Below, in pieces: positions 36,454 to 45,751 of a stretch of DNA of 64,000 nt. Where the stretch lies: assembly GCA_963518955.1 (NCBI GenBank), contig CAUQKI010000006.1, positions 1,162 through 65,161 on the forward strand. Reading direction: 5' to 3'. The notes under the pieces were generated by a model. The model was not told the DNA's origin, searched no databases, and saw only the letters and a list, made by a program, of their open reading frames with translations. The translations under genes were made by a program, and so were the position numbers. Origin of the DNA: an uncultured Flavobacteriaceae bacterium (GTDB lineage Bacteria > Bacteroidota > Bacteroidia > Flavobacteriales > Weeksellaceae). Each line of letters opens with the position of its first letter. Within the stretch, counting starts at the first letter, position 1.

Positions 36454-36744
36454 TTACAGCATGATAACACCGTCTATTTTGGCCACTTCTTTGTAAAGTC
36501 GAATTACATGGTCTGCATCTAAAACAAAGCAAGAAATACTACAACTTATGTATTTAGCATTGCTGCTTTCATTAGTCGTGATGCTGTATTCTAAGCCGTC
36601 AAATATTCTGTAAATTTCAGCAAGTCTCTCGCTGTCGTTGATGAGAATGAATTTGTAGAGATAATTTTCTGGAAAATTATGATGTTCTTCTAAATTGATT
36701 CTCAGATTTTTATAAAATTCTTCTACTCTATTGGTTTGTTCCAT
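36454..36744 (-). CDS. DUF493 (YbeD-like) family protein
   Basis: 96 aa. The FPENYLYKFI ... AKYISCSI ... IRLYKEVAKIDGVIML pattern resembles YbeD-like proteins. Confidence 0.55.
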   Translation of the reverse strand: MEQTNRVEEFYKNLRINLEEHHNFPENYLYKFILINDSERLAEIYRIFDGLEYSITTNESSNAKYISCSISCFVLDADHVIRLYKEVAKIDGVIML

Positions 36745-36749
36745 TTCTT

Positions 36750-37352
36750 CTAATTTATTTGGTTAGAAAAAGTGTTTATCAGCTGAACTAAATTAGCCAT
36801 AAACATTTTAATGGAAATTGCCAACAAAATTATACCAAATGCTTTTTTGAGAACCATAAGTGTCCCTTCGTTTATTTTTTTGGACAAAAAGTCAGATGAT
36901 TTTAAAATAATGTAAACAAATATCATATTGAGCAAAATAGCAATGACAATATTGATAACATGATTATTTGCACGAAGCGAAAGCGTTGCTGTAAGAGAAC
37001 CCGCTCCCGCTACCAAAGGAAACGCAATAGGAATGATAGAAGCCGCCTTCATTTCTTCGTTTTTATGAATATCTATTCCCAATATCATTTCCAAAGCAAT
37101 GATGAAAACAACGAATGCCCCTGCAATAGCAAACGAATTAATATCTAAACCGATGATTTTCAGTAATTTATCTCCCAAAAATAAAAAAGAGAGCATAATC
37201 CCGGTTGCTACAATGGTTGCTTTTTCAGATTCTATTTTTCCAAATTTTTTCCTTAAACTCACAAAAATAGGAATAGAACCAATGATGTCAATAATGGCAA
37301 ATAAAACCAAAAAACATGTGATAATTTCGTCAAATGAGATAGCTTCCAGCAT
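36750..37352 (-). CDS. MarC-family (UPF0056) integral membrane protein
   Basis: 200 aa with six TM helices and a MarC-like layout. Confidence 0.75.
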   Translation of the reverse strand: MLEAISFDEIITCFLVLFAIIDIIGSIPIFVSLRKKFGKIESEKATIVATGIMLSFLFLGDKLLKIIGLDINSFAIAGAFVVFIIALEMILGIDIHKNEEMKAASIIPIAFPLVAGAGSLTATLSLRANNHVINIVIAILLNMIFVYIILKSSDFLSKKINEGTLMVLKKAFGIILLAISIKMFMANLVQLINTFSNQIN

Positions 37353-37396
37353 AGATTAGTTTTTAAAATTTTCTCAAAAATATGAATATTTTTTAA

Positions 37397-39097
37397 CTAT
37401 TCCATAATTTTAGTGTAAAATTTGACGATGTCATTATAGAATTCATATAAATCCCCATGAACAGGAGCATATTTTGCTTCTTGAATTTTTGTTCTAAATC
37501 TCTCAAAATCCTGCACAAAATCAGCATTTTCTGTTTCTTCTAAAAACTCTAAAATGGTTTGGTTTTTCAGCCTTTTTATTTGATTTTCAGCTTCTTCATG
37601 AAGTTCCTGATAGTTTTCAAAGAAACTTGCAGAATCCCCCTTATCCACAGCATTTTTTATCGCCCCGAAATAATACTCTTTCCCAATAGAAATATTTTCC
37701 TTTAATAATTCTTCGGTTTCGGCTATGGTCGTTATTTTATTGTCTGATTGTACATTGTTCCATTGTTTAGGTTTCTTTTTTCTAAATGTAAAGAAATAAA
37801 TCGCTAAAAGAGAACCAAATACAAGAAGTCCTATTCCTGCAAATTTTCCAAAATCAAAGGTTTCCGCTTCATCTTCCTCTTCTGAAACTGGCAGGAGATT
37901 TACTTTTTTCAGAATATGCCCTGTATCATCCATGACTTTATTTAGAGTGGATTTTGGAGCATTCATATCATCTTTAGACAATGATAATATTTTTATATTG
38001 TCTGAATCTATGGTCTGGTATTGTTTTTCATCAATATCGAAATAAGCAAAATTTTCGTAGTGAATAGTAATTTCGCCTTCTTTTTTAGGGATAATCACAT
38101 AGTGGTCTGTTTTCTCGCCAGAGAACTCAGATTCTTTAAGGTCTATTTTTTGATTCGGTTTAAGGATTGTATAATCATCTGATTTTACGATTTTTGGAAG
38201 CTCTATGTCTGCAAGATTTCCTTTTCCTTTCAGCCTCACAAAGACATCCATAGGTTGATTAACTTCCACTTCTTCTTTTGGAATTTCTACTTTTAAATCA
38301 AACTTTCCTACAGCATTCTTGAAACTGCTCGGTGCGCCTTCAGGAAGTTTTTTCACATGAATTCTAAGAGGATTGGATAATATTCTTTCTTCATTAAAAA
38401 GGGCAGTTGCGGGAGATACGATGAAATTTCCTTCCTTCTCTGGGACAACCACGAATGAGGCTATTACCTGCATCGCCATTTCATCGCTTTTATCTATCTC
38501 TATATCTTCTCTCTTTAGATTTACGGTATGGATTTTTTTTGTATTCTGAGGAAGTTTTATATGATTTACTTTTCTAAAATCTTGATAATTATGAGGATTT
38601 GCTTTTAGTTTTAAAACCACATTAACTGGCTGATTTTCATAAACATCCTTATTCAAAACCTCCATGACCATAGAAACACTTCTTCCCCATGTGTCATTTT
38701 TTCGTTTCCCATCTCTCACCAAAATTTCAAATGGCTCAGACCTGTATGTCTTTCCGTTTACCTGCACCAATGCGCTTCCTATTCTAGTTTTTCCTGCATG
38801 TTTAGGCTGTAAAATAAGATGATATAGGACTTGCCTTACCACATTTCCTGTTTCTGGATCTATGGCTGCTACGGATTCTGTAGCGTTTCCGAGGATTTCA
38901 AATTTTGATAAATCAGGAAGTCTCACAGGCGACTGCTGCTGGTAGTTTTCCCCGATAATTTCAAGTCCAATACTCAAATTAAACGGTTCCCTTACTTGGT
39001 ATTCTTTGGTATCTGTTTCGGACAAAAGAGTTACTTGTCCATATCCAAATATGGGCAAAATAAATAATAATATGTAAGCTCTCAGTCTCATTACCAA
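37397..39097 (-). CDS. batD: BatD-family aerotolerance protein
   Basis: 566 aa. Signal peptide, a long beta-rich ectodomain, one late TM and a helical tail. Follows the BatB/BatC-like genes. Confidence 0.75.
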   Translation of the reverse strand: MVMRLRAYILLFILPIFGYGQVTLLSETDTKEYQVREPFNLSIGLEIIGENYQQQSPVRLPDLSKFEILGNATESVAAIDPETGNVVRQVLYHLILQPKHAGKTRIGSALVQVNGKTYRSEPFEILVRDGKRKNDTWGRSVSMVMEVLNKDVYENQPVNVVLKLKANPHNYQDFRKVNHIKLPQNTKKIHTVNLKREDIEIDKSDEMAMQVIASFVVVPEKEGNFIVSPATALFNEERILSNPLRIHVKKLPEGAPSSFKNAVGKFDLKVEIPKEEVEVNQPMDVFVRLKGKGNLADIELPKIVKSDDYTILKPNQKIDLKESEFSGEKTDHYVIIPKKEGEITIHYENFAYFDIDEKQYQTIDSDNIKILSLSKDDMNAPKSTLNKVMDDTGHILKKVNLLPVSEEEDEAETFDFGKFAGIGLLVFGSLLAIYFFTFRKKKPKQWNNVQSDNKITTIAETEELLKENISIGKEYYFGAIKNAVDKGDSASFFENYQELHEEAENQIKRLKNQTILEFLEETENADFVQDFERFRTKIQEAKYAPVHGDLYEFYNDIVKFYTKIME

Positions 39098-39819
39098 TCT
39101 TTACGATTGCTCTGCGGCTGGGCATATCCCTGCTTTCCCAGAGCCCTTTTAGCTGTGTTTCGTTCCCGTTCTTCTATGTATCGTAATAGTTCTTTTTCCA
39201 GTTCCTTTGGCTGATTGGGTTCTTCTTTGTTAGAATTATCCTCTTGCTGTTGGCTGTCTTGTTGCTCTTTTTTAAATTTATCATTCTCTGGAGCATACAT
39301 ATCCATAGGATTTTCTTTTCCCCCTTTATTTTGCTCGTTATTTTGTTGCTGTTGAGATTGTTGCTGGTCTTGTTCCTGCTGTTGTTGCTTGGAATCCTTT
39401 TTCTGCAGAGCGATTTGCAGATTTTTTAAGATAGTTTGATTATTTGGGTCTAATTTTAGGGCCTGTTTATAAGAATCTATGGCCTCTTTTTGCTGTTTAT
39501 TTTTGAAATAAGCGTTACCCAAATTATACAGAGTAGCTGTTTTTTGCTCTTTGGTTTTTGCGTTTTTTAATGCTTTTTGGTAGGTAGAAACAGCATCAGA
39601 ATATTGATTTTTCTTATATAGAGCATTTCCCAGATTGTACTGAGCCCTGAAATCCTCTGACTTACCTTGCAGGGTCTTCAGATAATGATACGACGCATCA
39701 TCAAAGTCGCCTTTCTCAAAACTCTGGTTCCCTCTATGTGTATGAACATCACTGCTCACCTGTGCAGAGACCTGCATCACAAAAACCAAACTATATAGAA
39801 CTAATAAAACTCTTGCCAT
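39091..39819 (-). CDS. batC: TPR-repeat protein (BatC-like) with a Q-rich tail
   Basis: TPR repeats (YNLGNALYKK, YNLGNAYFKN, ALKLDPNN). Start moved to ATG 39819. Confidence 0.7.
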   Translation of the reverse strand: MARVLLVLYSLVFVMQVSAQVSSDVHTHRGNQSFEKGDFDDASYHYLKTLQGKSEDFRAQYNLGNALYKKNQYSDAVSTYQKALKNAKTKEQKTATLYNLGNAYFKNKQQKEAIDSYKQALKLDPNNQTILKNLQIALQKKDSKQQQQEQDQQQSQQQQNNEQNKGGKENPMDMYAPENDKFKKEQQDSQQQEDNSNKEEPNQPKELEKELLRYIEERERNTAKRALGKQGYAQPQSNRKDW

Positions 39820-39903
39820 ATATTTATTAGGCAAAAGTAAACTTTCTTTTGTTAAAAAAGAAGCTGTTTTGTGTTAAAAATTGCTAAAAATTAGGTATTT
39901 ACA

Positions 39904-40920
39904 TTATATATTCAAATCTCTTCTGGGATTCAAAAAATATATCAGAAAAAGTAAAACCAAAGCCCCAGCCAAAAACCATTGGTAGTAATGCTCCTTATTG
40001 AGAATGCTTATTTTACTGGCTCTGCCACCATCTTTTTGACTTGATTTTATGTCTTTTATAATCTCATTTGCTGCCCTTTCTACGCTATTTCCGTCTATAT
40101 ACACCCCTCCCGTTTTCTCGGAAATGGTTTTGAGAGCCTGCGTTTCTCTTTTGGTAATGACCGTATTCCCGTCCTCATCTTTTTTATAATCTTGATAAAT
40201 ATCAAACTGAAGCTCTGGTATCGCTCCACCTTCCTCTGTTCCTATTCCCACGCTGGTCACTGCAATATTATTTTTCTGGGCTAAATTAACTGCCGCATCG
40301 TGGTTTCCTTCATTGTCCTCCCCATCGCTGATTAAAATGACCTTTTTCAATCCTGAATCTCCCTTTTTCAGCTTTTTTTCGGTTTCTTCCATTGCTAAAA
40401 GAAAATCCGTTCCCTGTCTTTTTATCAAATCAGAACTAAGGTTTTCCAAATAAATATTTACTGAAGAATAATCCGTAGTCAGCGGCATCATCGTTCGCGC
40501 TTCGCCAGCAAAAATCACTATTCCCACTCGCTCTTCACCAAGCTGGTTTAAGGTTTTATTTAAAATCAATTTGGCTTGTTCCAGCCTTGAAGGCTCTACA
40601 TCATTGGAATTCATAGAGTTAGAAACATCCACCAAAAATATCACATCCGATGAGGCTTTCTCCACACTCATTTCTGTTTTTTCATTCTTTACAATATCCA
40701 CAAAAGACAAAATCAAGAGCAAAAAAGACAGGACATAAAACAATGTTAAAACTCCTGAAAACCTTGATTTTTCACCAAAAATATGTTTCTGAAATCTGCT
40801 TTCCGCAAAAAAATCCCGTTTCTTTTTTCTCCATTTTGTAAAATCCCAAAGCAGATACGCCGCCATCAGTAAAACCAACAGCAGTCCAAAATATCGATAA
40901 TTTCCAAACTCCCAGTTCAT
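39904..40920 (-). CDS. batB: VWA-domain membrane protein (BatA/BatB-like)
   Basis: MIDAS motif DVIFLVDVSNSM. Flanking TM helices. Confidence 0.8.
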   Translation of the reverse strand: MNWEFGNYRYFGLLLVLLMAAYLLWDFTKWRKKKRDFFAESRFQKHIFGEKSRFSGVLTLFYVLSFLLLILSFVDIVKNEKTEMSVEKASSDVIFLVDVSNSMNSNDVEPSRLEQAKLILNKTLNQLGEERVGIVIFAGEARTMMPLTTDYSSVNIYLENLSSDLIKRQGTDFLLAMEETEKKLKKGDSGLKKVILISDGEDNEGNHDAAVNLAQKNNIAVTSVGIGTEEGGAIPELQFDIYQDYKKDEDGNTVITKRETQALKTISEKTGGVYIDGNSVERAANEIIKDIKSSQKDGGRASKISILNKEHYYQWFLAGALVLLFLIYFLNPRRDLNI

Positions 40921-40935
40921 TCTTTATCTTGATTT

Positions 40936-41928
40936 CTACATACTCATAATATCTGTGATCCTGATAAGGTCTTTATCTATTTTGCTCTCATCATTCTCTT
41001 TCACGGCTTTTTCCAGCGGGACAAGCTCCATCCTATCATTGTTAATTCCCACCATATACTGTGACTTCCCTTCCAGCAGGGATTCCACTGCTTTTACACC
41101 CATTCTCGTTGCCAAAACTCGGTCATAGCAGGTAGGAGTCCCGCCTCGCTGCATGTGTCCCAACACAGAAACTCTAATATCATATTCAGGGCGTTTCTGC
41201 TCTACATATTCTTTAAGCTCAAATACCGCCTTTCCTGCCGTATTTCCTTCGGCCACCACTATAATATTGGATGTTTTTCCTCTTCGTTTTCCTCTGTCAA
41301 TATCTTCGAGCAACACTTCCGCTGGAATATTTTTTTCTGGAATTATAATTCGCTCTGCTCCGCCGCCAATTCCTGAATTTAGCGCAATAAACCCTGAGTC
41401 CCGCCCCATCACTTCCACGAAAAACATTCTATTGTGAGAACTCGCGGTATCCCTTATTTTGTCAATGGCATCCACTACGGTATTTAATGCCGTATCATAG
41501 CCGATAGTATGTGTAGTCCCATAGATATCATTATCTATCGTTCCAGGAATGCCCATCACAGGAAAACCAAATTCTTGACTAAAAGACAGCGCTCCTGTAA
41601 AGGTTCCATCACCGCCAATCACCACCAAAGCCTCTACTCCGTTCTTTGTCAGGTTATTATAAGCACTCTCCCTGCCCTCTTTCGTTCTAAAACCTTCTGA
41701 ACGGGCTGATTTTAAGAAAGTTCCGCCTTTGTTTATTATATTACGGACACTGCGGGCATTTAACTCTACAAAATCATCCTCTATCATCCCTTGGAAACCA
41801 CGATAAATCCCCAAAACTTCCACCTCATGATAAGAACATGTACGCACCACAGCTCTGATGGCTGCATTCATCCCTGGAGCATCTCCACCAGAGGTCAGGA
41901 CTGCTATTTTATTGACTTTTTTAAGCAT
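40936..41928 (-). CDS. pfkA: ATP-dependent 6-phosphofructokinase
   Basis: TSGGDAPGMN, IGGDGT and MGR motifs. 330 aa. Confidence 0.95.
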   Translation of the reverse strand: MLKKVNKIAVLTSGGDAPGMNAAIRAVVRTCSYHEVEVLGIYRGFQGMIEDDFVELNARSVRNIINKGGTFLKSARSEGFRTKEGRESAYNNLTKNGVEALVVIGGDGTFTGALSFSQEFGFPVMGIPGTIDNDIYGTTHTIGYDTALNTVVDAIDKIRDTASSHNRMFFVEVMGRDSGFIALNSGIGGGAERIIIPEKNIPAEVLLEDIDRGKRRGKTSNIIVVAEGNTAGKAVFELKEYVEQKRPEYDIRVSVLGHMQRGGTPTCYDRVLATRMGVKAVESLLEGKSQYMVGINNDRMELVPLEKAVKENDESKIDKDLIRITDIMSM

Positions 41929-41932
41929 TTTT

Positions 41933-44272
41933 CTAATTTATTTTTTCCAATTTGGCAAATTTCAAAATCAAGTTCTTTTCGCCTTCTGTGGCAAATTTTA
42001 TTTTTGCTTTCACATTATTAGGGTCTGTCCCATCCAAAAACAGCACTTCTCCCACTCCGAAACGATTATGCCTTACTCTGTCCCCTACTTCTATATCTTG
42101 GGACTGGCTGCTGTCAGGAGTATTTATTTTTGCAGATGAAACAGGCGTCAAATTCCTTTTAATAGGCTGTTCTGGTAATTTTTGTTCATCCGCAGAAAGT
42201 TTTTTCTTCGGTTCTTTCTTTTGGAAAGCCCTCGGCATGCTCGGCGTATCATCAAAAATACTAGATGACAGCCCTGATCGATTGATTCCCCTGTTTTCTA
42301 CCATTGGATTGATAAAATCCAAATAATCTGTATCCACCTCGCTGAGAAAACGGCTCGGCTCTGAATCTGTAATTTTCCCCCACTGAAAACGCGAAACAGC
42401 ATAAGAGAAAAACGCCTGTTTTTCGGCTCTTGTGAGGGCTACATAGAACAGCCTTCGCTCCTCTTCCAGCTCCTCACGGGAGTTAGAACTCATAAAACTC
42501 GGGAACAAACCTTCTTCCAGCCCTACGATGTAGACAATAGGAAATTCCAACCCTTTGGAAAGGTGTATCGTCATCAGAGAAACTTTATCGCCTTCCTCAT
42601 CATTCTCCTGTGTATCAGCAGATAAGGCTATATTTTCAAGAAAATTAGACAGACTCGGGTCGCCATCTTCCAGCTGCTGCTGTTCATCTATAAACCCCTG
42701 CATGGAGTTCATCAATTCCTGAATATTTTCCACTCGCGAGATTCCTTCTGGTGTTTGGTCTTCTTTCAAAGATTTTATCAAACCACTTTTTTTAGCCACT
42801 TCCATCGCTACTTGATAGACATTTTCTGTTTTCAGCATCACTTGGAAAGCCTTTATCATCTGCCAGAAATCATTCAGTTTGGTTAGAGCTGAATTATTTA
42901 GCCCTAAATTCGGTGCATGAAACGGCAGAGCATCCAGCACATTAGCAATAGACTGTCCTATCGAATCGGCATAAACAATGAGTTTATTCTGTGTCGTCTC
43001 TCCTATCCCACGCATCGGATAATTGATAATTCTAAGTAAAGCTTCTGAATCATTTTCATTAACCAAAAGTCTGAGATACGCCAGCAAATCCTTTATTTCT
43101 TTTCTTTGGTAAAAAGACAGCCCGCCATACACTCGGTAAGGAATATTTTTTCTCCTCAAAGCATCTTCAAAAGCTCTGGTCTGGGAATTTGTACGATATA
43201 GAATAGCAAAATCATTAAATTTTTTCTGATTAAAATTATGCTGTTCCCAGATATTTCCCGCCACGAAATTCGCCTCATCTGCATCAGATAAAGAGCGGTA
43301 AACTTTTATTTTTTCTCCAACTTCGTTATCACTAAATACATTTTTCTCAAACTGATTTATATTTTTGGAAATCAAATCATTAGCTGCATTTACGATATTC
43401 TGTGTAGAACGGTAATTCTGCTCCAATGAAACGATTTTCGCATCGGGATAATCCTTTTTAAAATTCAAAATATTCTGAATATTCGCCCCACGGAAAGAGT
43501 AAATAGACTGCGCATCATCCCCTACCACGCATATATTCTCAAATTTAGATGCTAAAGCCTTCACTATCAGATATTGAGAATGGTTCGTATCCTGATACTC
43601 ATCCACCAGAATATACCGAAATCTATCCTGATACTTTGCTAAAACCTCTGGAAATCTCGTAAGTAACTCATTGGTTCTCAATAACAAATCATCAAAATCC
43701 ATCGCCCCATTTTTAAAACAGGTTTCTACATATTTTTGATAAATCTGCCCCATCAGTTTCATATTAGCCCGTTCATCGGCTTCCATCAGTTCTGGATTGT
43801 TATAATAGGCTTTTACTGTAATCAGATTGTTTTTATACTGAGAAATTCTGCCCTGCACTTTCTTTGGTTTGTACAGATCTGAATCTATATTCATCTCTTT
43901 AAGGACTTTTTTCAGTACATTGAGAGAGTCTTGGGTGTCATAAATAGTAAAATTAGACGGAAAACCAAGATAATGAGCTTCACTCCTCAAAATCCGCGCG
44001 AAAACAGAGTGAAAAGTACCCATCCAAAGGCTTTTAGCATCGCTATTTCCTACCACCTTTGCGATACGCTCTTTCATCTCTCGGGCAGCCTTATTGGTAA
44101 AAGTAAGCGCCAGAATATTAAAAGGATCCGCTCCATTGGTTATCAGATGTGCTATACGCATCGTAAGAACACGAGTTTTCCCAGACCCTGCTCCAGCAAG
44201 CACCATCAGAGGCCCTTGCAGAGAGGTCACGGCTTCATATTGAGCATTATTTAATCCTTTTAGGTAATCCAT
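41933..44272 (-). CDS. pcrA: ATP-dependent DNA helicase PcrA/UvrD
   Basis: GAGSGKTRVL, VDEYQDTN and other SF1 motifs. C-terminal Tudor-like tail. Start set at ATG 44272 (the track uses TTG 44284). Confidence 0.9.
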   Translation of the reverse strand: MDYLKGLNNAQYEAVTSLQGPLMVLAGAGSGKTRVLTMRIAHLITNGADPFNILALTFTNKAAREMKERIAKVVGNSDAKSLWMGTFHSVFARILRSEAHYLGFPSNFTIYDTQDSLNVLKKVLKEMNIDSDLYKPKKVQGRISQYKNNLITVKAYYNNPELMEADERANMKLMGQIYQKYVETCFKNGAMDFDDLLLRTNELLTRFPEVLAKYQDRFRYILVDEYQDTNHSQYLIVKALASKFENICVVGDDAQSIYSFRGANIQNILNFKKDYPDAKIVSLEQNYRSTQNIVNAANDLISKNINQFEKNVFSDNEVGEKIKVYRSLSDADEANFVAGNIWEQHNFNQKKFNDFAILYRTNSQTRAFEDALRRKNIPYRVYGGLSFYQRKEIKDLLAYLRLLVNENDSEALLRIINYPMRGIGETTQNKLIVYADSIGQSIANVLDALPFHAPNLGLNNSALTKLNDFWQMIKAFQVMLKTENVYQVAMEVAKKSGLIKSLKEDQTPEGISRVENIQELMNSMQGFIDEQQQLEDGDPSLSNFLENIALSADTQENDEEGDKVSLMTIHLSKGLEFPIVYIVGLEEGLFPSFMSSNSREELEEERRLFYVALTRAEKQAFFSYAVSRFQWGKITDSEPSRFLSEVDTDYLDFINPMVENRGINRSGLSSSIFDDTPSMPRAFQKKEPKKKLSADEQKLPEQPIKRNLTPVSSAKINTPDSSQSQDIEVGDRVRHNRFGVGEVLFLDGTDPNNVKAKIKFATEGEKNLILKFAKLEKIN

Positions 44273-44433
44273 ATTTTTGAACAAATTAAGCCCACAAATT
44301 TAAACTATTTTTTCTTTTATTTTTCTAATTATTTTTTTGGATTATGAAAGAAAAACACTTTTTAATAAAAAATTTTGTTAATTTTGTAACATTTCGTGAT
44401 TTTTTATACTAATAGAGTAAAATTTAAATTTTT

Positions 44434-45744
44434 ATGAGAAAAAGATTTCTATCAATCGCAATGGCAGCTTCTTTCGCAATGCTGTTTAATGCGCAGCAAA
44501 TCAAGTTTGAAGAATATGATTTGCCAAACGGGTTACATGTGATTTTACACCAAGACAATTCTGCTCCTGTGGTGGCCACTTCGGTAATGTATCATGTGGG
44601 TGCAAAGGATGAAGCCGCTGGGAGAACTGGTTTCGCGCACTTTTTTGAGCACCTTTTATTCGAAGGAACTAAAAACATCAAACGAGGCGAGTGGTTCAAA
44701 ATAGTATCTGCTAATGGAGGTTCTAACAACGCTAACACAGACCCTGACCGCACTTATTACTATGAAACTTTCCCTTCTAACAATGAACAGCTCGGGCTTT
44801 GGATGGAAGCAGAAAGACTAAGACACCCTGTTATCAATCAGATTGGAGTAGATACTCAGAGAGAAGTAGTAAAAGAAGAAAAAAGGCTAAGAATGGACAA
44901 CCAGCCTTATGGTGGGCTTTTCAACGCTATTCTTACTACTTTGTTCAAAAAACACCCTTATAAAGGAACTGTTATCGGTTCTATGGAGGATTTAAATTCA
45001 GCAAAATTAGAAGAATTTAACGCTTTCTTTAAGAAATATTACATTCCTAACAATGCTACATTGGTAGTCGCTGGAGACATCAAACCAGAGCAGACTAAAA
45101 AATGGATTAACGAATATTTCGGTAGCATCCCAAAAGGAACGCCTATTACTCGTAATTTCCCTAAAGAAACTCCTATTACACAAGAGTTTGAGGAAACAAT
45201 ATATGATGCCAACATCCAGATTCCTGCTTATATCTTCGCTTACAGAACACCTGCCGCAAAGGAGAGAGATGCCTACATCCTAAGCATGCTGGGAAGCTAC
45301 CTAAGCAAAGGTAAATCCTCTGTTCTTTATAAAAAACTAGTAGATAATGAGAAAAAAGCATTGGCTGTAGAGGCTTTCAACCTTGGATTGGTAGACCATA
45401 GTATCTTTGCTTTCTTTGCAATTCCTATGGGAAATACTTCAAAAGATGTTTTGAAAAAAGACATCGATGCTGAAATCAAAAAACTTCAGACAGATTTAAT
45501 CTCAGAGGAAGATTATCAAAAACTTCAAAACCAAGTGGAAAACGATTTCGTAAATGCTAACTCTTCTGTAGAAGGTATCGCCAATACATTAGCAGACAGC
45601 TATTTACTAAAAGGAAACACCAACTTGATCAACGAAGAAATCAACATCTACCGCTCTATCACGAGAGAAGATTTGAGAAACGCTGCTAGAAAATACCTAA
45701 ACAGCAACCAAAGAGCTATCATCAACTACTTACCTAAAAAATAA
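44434..45744 (+). CDS. M16 family zinc peptidase (active subunit)
   Basis: HFFEHLLFEGT inverted zincin motif (HxxEH). Confidence 0.85.
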   Translation: MRKRFLSIAMAASFAMLFNAQQIKFEEYDLPNGLHVILHQDNSAPVVATSVMYHVGAKDEAAGRTGFAHFFEHLLFEGTKNIKRGEWFKIVSANGGSNNANTDPDRTYYYETFPSNNEQLGLWMEAERLRHPVINQIGVDTQREVVKEEKRLRMDNQPYGGLFNAILTTLFKKHPYKGTVIGSMEDLNSAKLEEFNAFFKKYYIPNNATLVVAGDIKPEQTKKWINEYFGSIPKGTPITRNFPKETPITQEFEETIYDANIQIPAYIFAYRTPAAKERDAYILSMLGSYLSKGKSSVLYKKLVDNEKKALAVEAFNLGLVDHSIFAFFAIPMGNTSKDVLKKDIDAEIKKLQTDLISEEDYQKLQNQVENDFVNANSSVEGIANTLADSYLLKGNTNLINEEINIYRSITREDLRNAARKYLNSNQRAIINYLPKK

Positions 45745-45751
45745 TTGACCA

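Noticed and set aside
39244-39429. CTGTTG/CAACAG-rich repetitive DNA and a 61-aa plus-strand ORF
   Set aside because: This is the coding sequence of the Q-rich low-complexity tail of the BatC-like protein on the minus strand. It is not an independent repeat element or gene.
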